From: an uncultured Verrucomicrobiae bacterium
GTDB taxonomy: Bacteria > Verrucomicrobiota > Verrucomicrobiia > Chthoniobacterales > UBA10450
Direction: 5' to 3'
Assembly (NCBI GenBank): GCA_963815455.1
Contig: CAWFGO010000001.1
Location: 1,504,001-1,568,000, forward strand
Length of the DNA stretch: 64,000 nt
Made by a program: the position numbers and the translations under genes. A model generated the notes under the pieces. It saw only the letters and a list, made by a program, of their open reading frames with translations. It had not been told where the DNA came from and searched no databases. Positions 1-9,505 of the stretch are shown piece by piece. Within the stretch, counting starts at the first letter, position 1; each line of letters opens with the position of its first letter.

Positions 1-1
1 C

Positions 2-244
2 AGCGCCGTTGAAGCCGGGACGATGTATTATTCGCTCTACAAATTTGGGCGGCACTGGAAATTTCCCATTAAACGGGCCAAGCCTGTGAAGGTTGAAGGC
101 AAACTGGTAGCGAGAGGCGAAGAAATCCCGCGTGCAATTCCGGTGAACGCCGGGCAAATCAACGAAGCCCGCGATTGGATTCGCAGCGCCAACCCCAGCC
201 TCGAACAGATCGAAGAGCGGGTCGAGAGCGAAGGCTGGCGCTGA
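2..244 (+). CDS. Partial (5'-truncated) protein, probably the C-terminus of a DUF1353-family protein
   Basis: Frame is open from the window edge (SAVEAGTMYYSLYKFGRHW...), resembling the C-terminal helix of DUF1353 proteins; the N-terminus lies outside the window. Confidence 0.45.
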   Translation, partial: SAVEAGTMYYSLYKFGRHWKFPIKRAKPVKVEGKLVARGEEIPRAIPVNAGQINEARDWIRSANPSLEQIEERVESEGWR

Positions 245-299
245 GTTTTCGGTTTCGGGGGCGCGCTCGCCGATTATCCCCAGGAATTCCCAAAGTAAT

Positions 300-457
300 C
301 CGCTGAGACAGCGGACGCTACAGCTGTAGGGCGTTTGACTCGTTCGCTCCCGCGCCCTCGCCCTAATGGGCTGCCCGTCTATGTCGCTCGCATCCCTGCG
401 GCTCCATTCTGTGAAACGCCGTTCAATCCAGCCGGCGTCTGACACAGACGCCCTACA
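300..457. repeat. Cluster of GTAG-type REP-like palindromes, one interrupted by a 72-nt insert
   Basis: CCGCTGAGACAGCGGACGCTACA (300-322), TGTAGGGCGTTT...CTGTGAAACGCC (325-420) and GGCGTCTGACACAGACGCCCTACA (434-457) lie between convergent genes. Confidence 0.75.
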
Positions 458-467
458 ATCCGGATAA

Positions 468-2924
468 TCAGGATTTGTCGTTCTTCTTTCGCGAAGAAGC
501 CGTTTCTTTTTTCTCCAGCGCGGCTTTCAACACTTCATCCACGTTTTCGACCGGGATAAACTTGAGTTTTTGTTTCGCTTCCTCGGGAACATCGACAAGA
601 TCTTTCTCGTTCAGTTTGGGAATGATCACGGTGGAAATTCCGGCCCGCATCGCGGCCAGGCTTTTCTCTTTCAATCCGCCAATCGGGAGAACGAGTCCGC
701 GCAACGTGACTTCGCCGGTCATGGCCACATCGGACCGGACTGACCTGTTGCTGAACAGCGACGCGAGCGCGGTGAACATGGCGATCCCAGCCGACGGGCC
801 GTCCTTCGGCACCGCACCGGCCGGGACGTGAACATGAATATCCATCTCGCGAAAATCTTCCGACTTTATTCCGAGCTGGCCGTCACGACTCCGGACGAGG
901 CTGAGCGCGGCTTGCACCGATTCCTTCATGACATTTCCGATCTGGCCGGTGAGTGTGATATTGCCTTTGCCCGGGTAACGAGTCGCTTCGATGTGCAACA
1001 CCTCGCCGCCGTACGGTGTATAAGCCAGCCCCGTGACCACGCCCGGCTGGCTCGTTTTGAGTTTGCTCTCACGCACGTAACGCGCCGGGCCCAGCGTTTC
1101 GGCAATGAATTCCGGCGTGACCACCACGTTCTTGCATTCGCCGCGGGCGCATTTGGCCGCCACCGATCGGCAAATCGCGCCGATCTGACGCTCGAGCTCG
1201 CGGACGCCGGCTTCGTGCGTGTAATCGTTGATGATACCGCGGATTCCTTCCTCCTGGAATTCACATTGATCGGGTCTAAGCCCGTTTTCCTCGAGCTGCC
1301 GCCTAACGAGATAGCGCTGGGCGATCTGGACTTTTTCCCGCTCGGTGTAACCGGGTAGCGAGATCACTTCAATCCGGTCCCGCAACGGCTCGGGCACGCC
1401 TTCGATGTAATTCGCAGTACCGATGAAGATCACCTGTGACAGATCGAACGGCACATCGAGGTAACGATCGACAAAGACATTGTTCTGCCGCGGATCGAGC
1501 ACTTCCAGCATTGCGCTGGCCGGATCGCCTCGAAAATCGGCGCCGAGTTTGTCGATCTCGTCCAGCATGAATACCGGGTTGCGCGTGCCGGCCCGACGCA
1601 ATTCCTGAATGATCCGCCCCGGCATCGAGCCGATGTAAGTGCGGCGATGCCCGCGTATCTCCGCTTCGTCGCGCATCCCGCCCAGACTGATCCGAACAAA
1701 TTTTCTACCGAGGGCATCGGCGATCGATTGACCGAGACTGGTCTTGCCAACTCCAGGCGGCCCCAGGAAACACAAGATCGGGCCGTGCCCTTTCGGATTG
1801 AGTTTGCGCACGGCCAGAAACTCAATCAGCCGCTTTTTGACCTTTTCGAGATCGTAATGATCGCGGTCGAGAATTTTCTGGGCTTGATCGAGATCGAGAT
1901 TGTCGTCGCTGAATTTATTCCAGGGCAAATCGGCGATGATCTCGATGTAACTGACAATTACGGAAAATTCCGGGCTGGCTGAGGGAATAAAGTCGAGCCG
2001 CTTCAGTTCGCGCTCGGCCTGTTTCATCATTTCCTCCGGCGGATTCGCTTCTTCGAGGCGGTTGCGCAGTTCCTTTACCTGTTCCTCGCTTCCGGCCTCG
2101 GATTCGCCCAGCTCATGCTGGATCGCCTTGATCTGCGAATGCAAATACGCCCGGCGTTGGGCGTCGGTAAATTGCGACGCCACATCTTTTTGCAGCTTTT
2201 GTTGAATCTCAGCGATCTCGAGCTGGGCCGAGATGTGTTTCTGCACTGCGCGCACTCGCTTCTCGACATCGAGTTCCTCCAGCATCGCCTGCTTCTCGGC
2301 GACGTCGATGTTCAGGTTCGGTGCCAGGAAATCGGCCAGCTGCTCGGCCTTGTCGATGTTAAGGATCATCATCCTCGCCTGTTCCGGCGCTTCCGGAGTG
2401 AGCTCGAATAGTTTCGCCGCCGAATCGCGCAAATTTCTGAACGCCGCTTCGTGTTCCTTGCCCTCCGCTGGCGGCACCGATTCGAGCAGGTCAACCTCCG
2501 CGCGAACAAACGGATCGGTCGCCACGATCTTGCGGAGCGAAAAACGGCGAAGACCCTGCACAATGACCAGGACGTGATCTTCCGTTTGCCGCACAAACCT
2601 GAGCACGAGCGCCGCCGTGCCGACATGGTAAAGATCGCCCGGCTCCGGATCTTCTTTCTTCTCATCGCGCTGAGTCAGTAGCCCGATCACTTTTGTGCGG
2701 GGCAACGTGTCATCGAGAAGCTTGAGCGACGCCGGCCGCTGGACGTTGAGCGGAATAATCGTTCCCGGGAAAACAGTGAAACCGCGCACCGGGAGGATCG
2801 ACAATTCTTCAGGAATTTTCGGGAGCCGGCTTTGATCGATGGTTTCGGCCGCGATCGTGCTGTCGGCGCTCGGCTTCGATTCCGGTCCCGGTTGCAACAC
2901 AGTGATTTGTCGATCGTCGCTCAT
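468..2924 (-). CDS. lon: ATP-dependent protease La (Lon)
   Basis: LON N-domain, Walker A GPPGVGKT, Walker B LDEIDK, catalytic PKDGPSAG and GGLKEK. Start set at MSDDRQ (ATGA overlap with the Hsp20 stop) rather than 3230. Confidence 0.97.
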   Translation of the reverse strand: MSDDRQITVLQPGPESKPSADSTIAAETIDQSRLPKIPEELSILPVRGFTVFPGTIIPLNVQRPASLKLLDDTLPRTKVIGLLTQRDEKKEDPEPGDLYHVGTAALVLRFVRQTEDHVLVIVQGLRRFSLRKIVATDPFVRAEVDLLESVPPAEGKEHEAAFRNLRDSAAKLFELTPEAPEQARMMILNIDKAEQLADFLAPNLNIDVAEKQAMLEELDVEKRVRAVQKHISAQLEIAEIQQKLQKDVASQFTDAQRRAYLHSQIKAIQHELGESEAGSEEQVKELRNRLEEANPPEEMMKQAERELKRLDFIPSASPEFSVIVSYIEIIADLPWNKFSDDNLDLDQAQKILDRDHYDLEKVKKRLIEFLAVRKLNPKGHGPILCFLGPPGVGKTSLGQSIADALGRKFVRISLGGMRDEAEIRGHRRTYIGSMPGRIIQELRRAGTRNPVFMLDEIDKLGADFRGDPASAMLEVLDPRQNNVFVDRYLDVPFDLSQVIFIGTANYIEGVPEPLRDRIEVISLPGYTEREKVQIAQRYLVRRQLEENGLRPDQCEFQEEGIRGIINDYTHEAGVRELERQIGAICRSVAAKCARGECKNVVVTPEFIAETLGPARYVRESKLKTSQPGVVTGLAYTPYGGEVLHIEATRYPGKGNITLTGQIGNVMKESVQAALSLVRSRDGQLGIKSEDFREMDIHVHVPAGAVPKDGPSAGIAMFTALASLFSNRSVRSDVAMTGEVTLRGLVLPIGGLKEKSLAAMRAGISTVIIPKLNEKDLVDVPEEAKQKLKFIPVENVDEVLKAALEKKETASSRKKNDKS

Positions 2925-3331
2925 GATTGTTTTAGCGGCAGCGAGATCCAGAGCAGGCCGTTGCGCTGTTCGGCGGTGGCTTTGTCGATTTCGACATCGG
3001 CCGGCAAGGCAATCTCCCGCTCGAATGGTCCGTAATCGATCTCCATCGCCAGCAACTGGATCGTGCGATCCTCCGCGCTTTCCGGTTCCGGAAGGTCTCG
3101 TGTCCCACGAATCACCACTCGTCTCGGTTCGACCGTTAGATCGATCATCGAACGTTCCACCCCGGCCAGATCGACGCAGATACGCACGCCCTTCTCGCAG
3201 CGGTAAGCATTGATCGATGGCTGCCAGCAATGCCGCGCAAATTGCGAAAATCCCGAGCGCGACAACTCGTGGGTCACGTCGTGCAACGCGCCCTGCAGCC
3301 AGCGCAACTTGATTCGGCTAATCGGATCCAT
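2921..3331 (-). CDS. Hsp20/alpha-crystallin family small heat shock protein
   Basis: WQPSINAY...VDLAGV...MEIDYGPFEREI...NGLLWISLP; start at MDPISR; coupled to lon. Confidence 0.9.
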   Translation of the reverse strand: MDPISRIKLRWLQGALHDVTHELSRSGFSQFARHCWQPSINAYRCEKGVRICVDLAGVERSMIDLTVEPRRVVIRGTRDLPEPESAEDRTIQLLAMEIDYGPFEREIALPADVEIDKATAEQRNGLLWISLPLKQS

Positions 3332-3377
3332 CGGGAATAGAACCTCGCCCCCGCGATGTTCTATTTCAACCGGCCGG

Positions 3378-3514
3378 TGTAGAGGCGCCCGTGTCGGGCG
3401 CAATCCCGTAGCACAGCAATCTTGGCTGTGGGGCCGGCGGGCATCTTGCCTGCCAAGAAAAACAGAAACCAGCCGAGACGCCCGGTTGTCCCACAGGCGA
3501 GACGCCTGTGCTAC
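3378..3514. repeat. GTAG-type REP-like palindrome cluster
   Basis: TGTAGAGGCGCCCGTGTCGGGCGC, a GTAGCACAG...CTGTGG unit and inverted CACAGGCGAGACGCCTGTGCTAC with internal hairpins. Confidence 0.7.
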
Positions 3515-3660
3515 TTTCCAGGCCGAACCACCACCAGCGCACAAATAGCGAGCACCGGCAAAATGATAACGGACAGAACCGCAGGCGCATGAAGTATCGC
3601 CGATGCCAGAATCGCCGCCGCCCAAAGAATCGCGTTCCCGATGAAGCATCTATTATTCAT
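3511..3660 (-). CDS. Small membrane protein, 49 aa (absent from the ORF track)
   Basis: MNNRCFIGNAILWAAAILASAILHAPAVLSVIILPVLAICALVVVRPGK*; two hydrophobic segments; co-oriented directly after the D-aminoacylase. Confidence 0.6.
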   Translation of the reverse strand: MNNRCFIGNAILWAAAILASAILHAPAVLSVIILPVLAICALVVVRPGK

Positions 3661-3685
3661 AAGATTGTCAAAGCTTTCGTCTTCG

Positions 3686-5356
3686 TCACTTCGTTTTCCC
3701 CGGCCCCCACAAAGCCCGTCCGGGTTTGGCGCCGGTGTGTTCGCCGTCCTTGATAACTTGCGCGCCGTTTACGAAAACGTGTTTCATGCCGACTGCGTAC
3801 TGGTGCGGTTTCTCGAACGTGGCGCGATCGGCGATCGTGGCCGGGTCGAACACGACGACATCGGCGAACATCCCTTCTTTCAAGAAACCGCGATGATCGA
3901 GACCCAGGTTCGTCGCCGGTAACCCGCTCAGTTTCCGGATCGCTTCCTGGAGCGGGATCACTTTTTCGTCGCGCACATACTTGCCTAGCACCCGGGCGAA
4001 ATTTCCGTAGGCGCGCGGATGCGGATTCGATTTCAGGAAAACGCCCTCGGGCGCCTGCGAAGATTCATCCGAGCCGAACGAAATCCACGGCTTGGCCAGT
4101 TCCTTTTTAACATTCTCTTCCGACATCAAAAAATAAATGGTGCCGATCCGTGATTCGTCTTCGGCGATCAAGTCCATCGCCGTGTCGATCGGGTCTTTCC
4201 CGCGCATCTTGGCCACTTCGGCCAGCGATTTACCGGTAAGCGGTTTCAGTTTGTCCGATTTAAAGCCAACCAACAGAATTTTGTCGGGCGAACCCGCGGC
4301 CAGATAAAGATTCTCCCATTTGTCGCTGTCGATCTTCACTTCGGCTTTGATCTTTTCCCGCATGGCTGGATCGCGCAGACGTTTGAACAATGCCGGGTAC
4401 CCGCCATCCTGGGTCCACGGCGGAAGACAGGCATCGAGTCCGGTGCCGGCCGCGGTGTAGGCGTACATGTCCGCGGTGATCTTCAGTCCTTCCTTTTGGG
4501 CCGCCTCAATTCGCGATAGAAGCGTGTCGAGCTTTGGCCAATTTTTCTGGCCAGCTGCTTTGATATGATAAACTTCAGCTGGAATTTTCGCTTCCCGGCT
4601 GATTCGCAATAACTCGTCGAATGCTTCCAGGAGCTGGTTTCCTTCGCTCCGCATATGCGAGATGTATTTGCCCTGATATTTCGCGGCCACTTTGCACAGC
4701 TCGATCAGCTCTTCCGTCTTGGCGTAAAACGCCGGCGGGTAAATGAGCGATGTGCCGATCCCGAGCGCGCCCGCTTCCATTTCCTTGCGCACCAGTTCGC
4801 GCATCCGTTGGAGCTGCTCCGGAGTAGGCTGTTTGTCGTCCAGCCCGATCACGTAATCGCGAATCGTGGTCGCGCCAACGAACGACGCGACGTTGCAAGA
4901 GATCCCGCGCTTCTCCAGATACTGCAGATATTCAGCCAACGAGCTCCATTTGATCTCGTATTTGATGTCGCCCTGCTCTTCCCGAATTCGTTTCTTCATT
5001 CGGTCGTTGAGCGGTCCCATCGACCAGCCTTCGCCCATGATCTCGGTGGTGACGCCCTGCCGTATTTCGCTCTGGGACCGGCCGTCCTGGATCAACGATT
5101 CATTTGACCACGACAGCATATTGATAAATCCGGGCGCGATAGCCAGGCCCTTGGCATCGACAATTGTCTTCGCTTTCGCCGTTTTGAAATCACCCAGCCC
5201 TGCGATTCGATCGCCGCGAATCCCAACATCGACATGTTGCGGTTCGCCGCCGGTGCCGTCGTAGACGGCGCCGTTCTTGATAAGAACGTCGAACTCCTGC
5301 GCGAAAACGGGAATGGTAACAGTCGACGCTAACAAAACAATCAGGGCGCGCTTCAT
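3686..5356 (-). CDS. N-acyl-D-amino-acid deacylase (D-aminoacylase), exported amidohydrolase
   Basis: Signal peptide; APGFINM, QGVTTEI, SHMRSE, HPRAYGNF, ADVVVFD motifs. Confidence 0.9.
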   Translation of the reverse strand: MKRALIVLLASTVTIPVFAQEFDVLIKNGAVYDGTGGEPQHVDVGIRGDRIAGLGDFKTAKAKTIVDAKGLAIAPGFINMLSWSNESLIQDGRSQSEIRQGVTTEIMGEGWSMGPLNDRMKKRIREEQGDIKYEIKWSSLAEYLQYLEKRGISCNVASFVGATTIRDYVIGLDDKQPTPEQLQRMRELVRKEMEAGALGIGTSLIYPPAFYAKTEELIELCKVAAKYQGKYISHMRSEGNQLLEAFDELLRISREAKIPAEVYHIKAAGQKNWPKLDTLLSRIEAAQKEGLKITADMYAYTAAGTGLDACLPPWTQDGGYPALFKRLRDPAMREKIKAEVKIDSDKWENLYLAAGSPDKILLVGFKSDKLKPLTGKSLAEVAKMRGKDPIDTAMDLIAEDESRIGTIYFLMSEENVKKELAKPWISFGSDESSQAPEGVFLKSNPHPRAYGNFARVLGKYVRDEKVIPLQEAIRKLSGLPATNLGLDHRGFLKEGMFADVVVFDPATIADRATFEKPHQYAVGMKHVFVNGAQVIKDGEHTGAKPGRALWGPGKTK

Positions 5357-5400
5357 GATGTCATTGAAAGAGCCGCAACAGACGATGTCGATCCTAAAGC

Positions 5401-5475
5401 GCGGTCAGCGCCCGCGGCTACAGCATTGCAGGGCGGCTGTGTCAGACGCCTGCCATCTCACAGAGACGGCCTGCA
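5401..5475. repeat. Degenerate REP-like cluster
   Basis: GCGGTCAGCGCCCGCGGCTACA resembles the helicase REP; TGCAGGGCGGCTGTGTCAGACGCC resembles the reverse complement of 434-457. Confidence 0.6.
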
Positions 5476-5476
5476 G

Positions 5477-6790
5477 TTACTTTACGAACTGCGGCTCCCC
5501 CGTGCTCCAGGGATCGTAGGTCCGGGCGAATTGGATACGCTTGTTCAGCGGGGGATGGTTGTAGAGCCAGAGCTCGATGAGCCGCGACGGGTTCGGATCG
5601 GATAAATTAGTTTCGCCCAGGATTTGGAACGCGGGAACAGCTGCGTCGGCCGGTCGAGGCACGATTCCATGGATGACCTCCAGGCCATAGATATCGGCCT
5701 GATGCTCGACGTGGCGGCTCAAGGCGTTGCCGATCGGGTCGGCCAGAAAACTCAGGATGCCGAGAAACAGCAGCAGCACCGGAAACGATGCCCAATCATC
5801 CGCGCCCCGGATGTTCCAGCGCGTGCCCCAGCGTTGGAGGACCCAGCGCATCCCGCGGTAGCCGACGTAGAGAAAAACAAATAACAGCATCGACACAAAA
5901 GCGATCAGCTTCGGAATATGCCCGAGAACGTAGTGACCCATCTCGTGACCGAAGACGAACAACGTTTGATCGTTGGTTAGGCGGGCGGTGGTGTTGTCCC
6001 ACACCACTACCCGCTTGGAAGCGCCGATGCCGGCGACATAAGCATTCAACGATTTCAACTTTTCACTGGCCTTCATCTCAAACATTCGTTCGGGCGGAAT
6101 GGTCAGGCCGCCGCGCGCGACAACCTTTGAAATCTGCGCGACCAGATCCGGATGCTTGTTCTGGAGCGGTTCGAACTTGAAGAACAATGGCTCGATGACG
6201 ACCGGCGCGATGAAGACCAGGAACACGATGATGGGAATGCTGACCAGCCAGAAGTAAAACCACCAGCGGCGCGCGCTGCGGCGAATAATCCCGTAGAGAA
6301 TCCAGAGGACGAGCGCGCCGATGATCATCCCTATCAACTGACCTTTCGCCCAGTCCAAGCTCCACGAGCCCCAGCCCTGAATAGATTGCTCGTATTTAAG
6401 CGATAGCCATTGCCGATAAATTTCCGTGGGCAGGCCGAGCACGGCGACGGTCAAAAGAAAAAGTGGCGCGAACACCCACGCCTGCACAAATCGGAAACGG
6501 GAAACTCGCTCCGCCCAGTCGCGATATTTCGGGGCCACTCGCCAGTTGAGCAACAACAGGAGAATGACAACGCCGTAAGCAGCATCGACAAAGTAAAGAC
6601 GATATTTGGCGCGGGAAAAGGCCACCGCTTTCTCGTACTTGTCCGGCGGCAGAGTATAAGCGGGGGTTTGAGAATCCGCGGTTTGTGCCTGGACCGATTG
6701 CGGTTGAACTGTCGGCGTTGGCGTTTCCGTTTGGGCCGAAACGATCGAACTAAAGCCGCAAACGATTGCGGTCAGGATGAGCTTGCGCAT
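5477..6790 (-). CDS. M48 family (Ste24/HtpX-like) membrane zinc metallopeptidase
   Basis: Several TM helices, NAYVAG, HEMGH zinc motif, EHQAD, NHPPL. Confidence 0.92.
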   Translation of the reverse strand: MRKLILTAIVCGFSSIVSAQTETPTPTVQPQSVQAQTADSQTPAYTLPPDKYEKAVAFSRAKYRLYFVDAAYGVVILLLLLNWRVAPKYRDWAERVSRFRFVQAWVFAPLFLLTVAVLGLPTEIYRQWLSLKYEQSIQGWGSWSLDWAKGQLIGMIIGALVLWILYGIIRRSARRWWFYFWLVSIPIIVFLVFIAPVVIEPLFFKFEPLQNKHPDLVAQISKVVARGGLTIPPERMFEMKASEKLKSLNAYVAGIGASKRVVVWDNTTARLTNDQTLFVFGHEMGHYVLGHIPKLIAFVSMLLFVFLYVGYRGMRWVLQRWGTRWNIRGADDWASFPVLLLFLGILSFLADPIGNALSRHVEHQADIYGLEVIHGIVPRPADAAVPAFQILGETNLSDPNPSRLIELWLYNHPPLNKRIQFARTYDPWSTGEPQFVK

Positions 6791-6858
6791 CTCGCCTTGC
6801 TAGGGTTTCGCGGCGATGGTGTCAAGTCACCGCAAAGTGACTTGAACGGCCAATCGCG

Positions 6859-7932
6859 TCATTTCTGCGTTTCACTCAATAACTTGACCAACTCATTCTT
6901 CCACAACGCCGCGATAGTGTGGCTGCCGTGACCGCGCGTCTTGTCGCTCATCGGGATCACGATCGCCCGGCCATGCGGGACGCGCTTGATCTCGCGCTCC
7001 AGAATGCCAAGCTCAGGCGGATTGATCAGATCGTCGGCAAAGTTGATTGCCAATAGCGGCGCGCGGATTTTTTCCAGATTCGGGCCGGGATCGTAATCGC
7101 GCGAAGCCTCGACGGCGTAAAGGACATCGTTGGCGTCGTCTGCTTTGATAATTTGCTCAACGAACTTGTCCAGGACCTCGTCCGTTTTTGCCAGCGTAGG
7201 CGCTTCTTTCTGACGCAACACGGGGTTGCTGCTCATGAGCCAGAGCATTTCCGCGGCGGTGCGCAGGCTGGGCGGTTGTATCTTGTAATCGCCGCCGTTC
7301 CAGGCCGGATCGTTCCGGATGGCATCGATGATCATCCGCCGCCAGACGCGGTTCCGTCCCGAGATCTGTGTCGGCAAACTGGCCAGTGGCATCAACGCGT
7401 CCATGAAATCGGGATGCAATTCGCCCCACAGCCATGTATGCATCCCGCCCATTGAAGTGCCCATGACGAGACGCGCGTGATTCACGCCGAGCCCGTCGGT
7501 GAGCAACCGATACTGCGCTTCGACCATGTCGATGTAACCGTAGCGCGGGAACTTCGCGTGGAGACCGTCGCTCGGCTTGCTCGATTTGCCGTGACCGATT
7601 CCATCCGGAAGCACGACGAAAAATTTCGTCACATCAAGTGGCTGATCCTTCCCGAAAAGCTCGCCGGCAAATTCCGGGCGAATGAACTGCCCGCCGCTTC
7701 CAGTCGTACCGTGGGTGACGAGAACGGCATTAGTCGTCTTGCCCGCGGCGTTCCTCTCCGGTTTGCCGAGCGTGCGATAATGAATACGCAGCTCTGGCAG
7801 CGTTTCGCCGGAAGCGAACTTGAAATCGTGGATTGTGTAGTTGGCTTCGGTCGGCGCTGGATAATCTGCGGCAGAAACTGAGAGAGCAGTACCAATGAGG
7901 ACGACTCCGATTCGCAACGCCCGATTTATCAT
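6859..7932 (-). CDS. Exported alpha/beta hydrolase, homoserine O-acetyltransferase (MetX)-like fold
   Basis: Signal peptide; HGTTG, GTSMGG nucleophile elbow, DDLINP, GHGSH. Confidence 0.85.
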   Translation of the reverse strand: MINRALRIGVVLIGTALSVSAADYPAPTEANYTIHDFKFASGETLPELRIHYRTLGKPERNAAGKTTNAVLVTHGTTGSGGQFIRPEFAGELFGKDQPLDVTKFFVVLPDGIGHGKSSKPSDGLHAKFPRYGYIDMVEAQYRLLTDGLGVNHARLVMGTSMGGMHTWLWGELHPDFMDALMPLASLPTQISGRNRVWRRMIIDAIRNDPAWNGGDYKIQPPSLRTAAEMLWLMSSNPVLRQKEAPTLAKTDEVLDKFVEQIIKADDANDVLYAVEASRDYDPGPNLEKIRAPLLAINFADDLINPPELGILEREIKRVPHGRAIVIPMSDKTRGHGSHTIAALWKNELVKLLSETQK

Positions 7933-8110
7933 ATCGACGAAATTGAGGTTACGTCTTTTTCATGTTCGCTGCCAAACCACTCTGCGTATTGTTTTTCACT
8001 AATTGCATTTGCAGCGAGCCCCAATGTTTGTTCGACAACTTCGAGTTCCGTAGCGATGGTAGCTACACTTGTAATAACATTTTGGCCGGCATCAAGCTGA
8101 TATCTCAATC
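7929..8110 (-). pseudogene. Possible C-terminal remnant of a death-on-curing (Doc/Fic) family gene
   Basis: ATELEVVEQTLGLAANAISEKQYAEWF resembles the Doc C-terminal helices; no Fic catalytic motif or clear start; AT-richer; abuts a MITE-like element. Confidence 0.3.
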
Positions 8111-8141
8111 CCAAGCGAAGCGATCCGGCGGCGACAACTCC

Positions 8142-8291
8142 GTCATCCTGAGCGCAGCGAAGGACCCCGCGGAAAAAGAGGAAACCATGACGTTTCTTGC
8201 CAAACCGTTCGTTTCGATCACGCCTGATGCACGCTTGCATGCCTTCCATCTACTGCGAGATCCCTCGTCGTCTTCGCGACTCAGGATGACA
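8142..8291 (+). mobile_element. ~150-bp MITE-like element with GTCATCCTGAGC...CTCAGGATGAC ends, copy 1
   Basis: Imperfect terminal inverted repeats; homologous across its length to the inverted copy at 9349-9497. Confidence 0.7.
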
Positions 8292-8297
8292 GAGCTT

Positions 8298-9284
8298 CTA
8301 TCCGCCGAGCAATTCGCTCACCAGCGATTTTTCTTCCTTCAGCTCGGCGATCGATTTGTCGATCTTGTCCCGGCTGAATTCGTTGAGTGGAACTTTTTGC
8401 ACAATTTCCCATTTGCCGCCGCGCACGCGGACTGGGAATGACGATATCAAACCCTTATCGGCGCTGTAACTGCCGTCTGAGCAAACCGCGACACTATGCC
8501 AGTCGTCGCCGGGCGTATCATTGGTTAGGAACCGAACAGAATCGACAATCGCGTTTGCCGCCGAGCCGGCCGAAGAGAATCCGCGGGCTTTGATAATGGC
8601 CGCGCCGCGCTGCTGGACCGTGGCGATGAAATCCTCCTTTAACCATTTCTCATCGCCGATCACTTCGTTGGCTGGGCGATTGTCGATCTTCGCGTTGTAA
8701 AAATCTGGATACTGGGTCGAGGAATGATTTCCCCAGATCGTCATGTTCGTCACCCGCGTAATCTCAACCCCGGCCTTGTGCGCCAGCTGGGCCCGAGCGC
8801 GGTTCTCATCGAGCCGGGTCATGGCAAACCAGCGATCGTGCGGGATTTTTTTCGCGTTGTTCATCGCGATCAGGCAATTTGTGTTGCACGGATTTCCTAT
8901 TACCAGCACGCGGACATCGGCGGCGGCATTTTTTTCGATCGCTTTGCCCTGCCCGATAAAAATCTTGCCGTTGATCCCGAGCAGGTCCTTGCGCTCCATG
9001 CCGGCTTTGCGGGGCACGCTTCCGACCAGCAAGGCCCAGTTCACGTCGCGAAATCCTTCGTCGAGATCGGCCGTCGGCACAATCGATTGTAGAAGAGGAA
9101 AGGCGCAGTCGTGCAATTCCATCACCACGCCTTCGAGCGCACCGAGCGCAGGCGGGATTTCGATCAAGTTGAGAGAAACGGGCTGATCTTTGCCGAACAT
9201 TTCGCCCGAGGCGATCCGGAACAAAAGCGAGTAACCGATCTGCCCGGCTGCGCCGGTGACAGCGACTTTGATGGGTGACTTCAT
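8298..9284 (-). CDS. mdh: Malate dehydrogenase
   Basis: [47 protein letters not shown]. Confidence 0.98.
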   Translation of the reverse strand: MKSPIKVAVTGAAGQIGYSLLFRIASGEMFGKDQPVSLNLIEIPPALGALEGVVMELHDCAFPLLQSIVPTADLDEGFRDVNWALLVGSVPRKAGMERKDLLGINGKIFIGQGKAIEKNAAADVRVLVIGNPCNTNCLIAMNNAKKIPHDRWFAMTRLDENRARAQLAHKAGVEITRVTNMTIWGNHSSTQYPDFYNAKIDNRPANEVIGDEKWLKEDFIATVQQRGAAIIKARGFSSAGSAANAIVDSVRFLTNDTPGDDWHSVAVCSDGSYSADKGLISSFPVRVRGGKWEIVQKVPLNEFSRDKIDKSIAELKEEKSLVSELLGG

Positions 9285-9295
9285 GGATTCAAATT

Positions 9296-9330
9296 AGCCA
9301 CGGATGGACGCGGATGAAACCCGGATTTTT
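9296..9330. repeat. Short tandem CGGAT-unit repeat (CACGGATGGACGCGGATGAAACCCGGAT)
   Basis: Three degenerate units with ~10-11 nt period just upstream of mdh. Confidence 0.45.
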
Positions 9331-9348
9331 TTGGCTACGCCCCGAATT

Positions 9349-9497
9349 TGTCATCCCGAGCCGCGAAGACGGTGAGGGATCTCACACGCGGTCAATGAGT
9401 AGGCAAGCGTCCATCATGCGTGATCGAAAGTGAGCGCTTTGCGACGAACTCTCATGCTCTTGTTTCTCGCGAGGTCCTTCGCTTCGCTCAGGATGAC
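9349..9497 (-). mobile_element. ~150-bp MITE-like element, copy 2 (inverted relative to 8142-8291)
   Basis: 9349-9383 matches the reverse complement of 8257-8291 at 31/35; the other end matches 8142-8166 at 24/25; shared internal TTTCGATCACGC-TGATG-ACGCTTGC. Confidence 0.7.
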
Positions 9498-9505
9498 CGG
9501 CGTTC

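Noticed and set aside
2925..3230. 102-aa N-terminal extension of Lon in the ORF track
   Set aside because: It overlaps the Hsp20 gene in another frame; the ATGA coupling at 2921-2924 gives the better start
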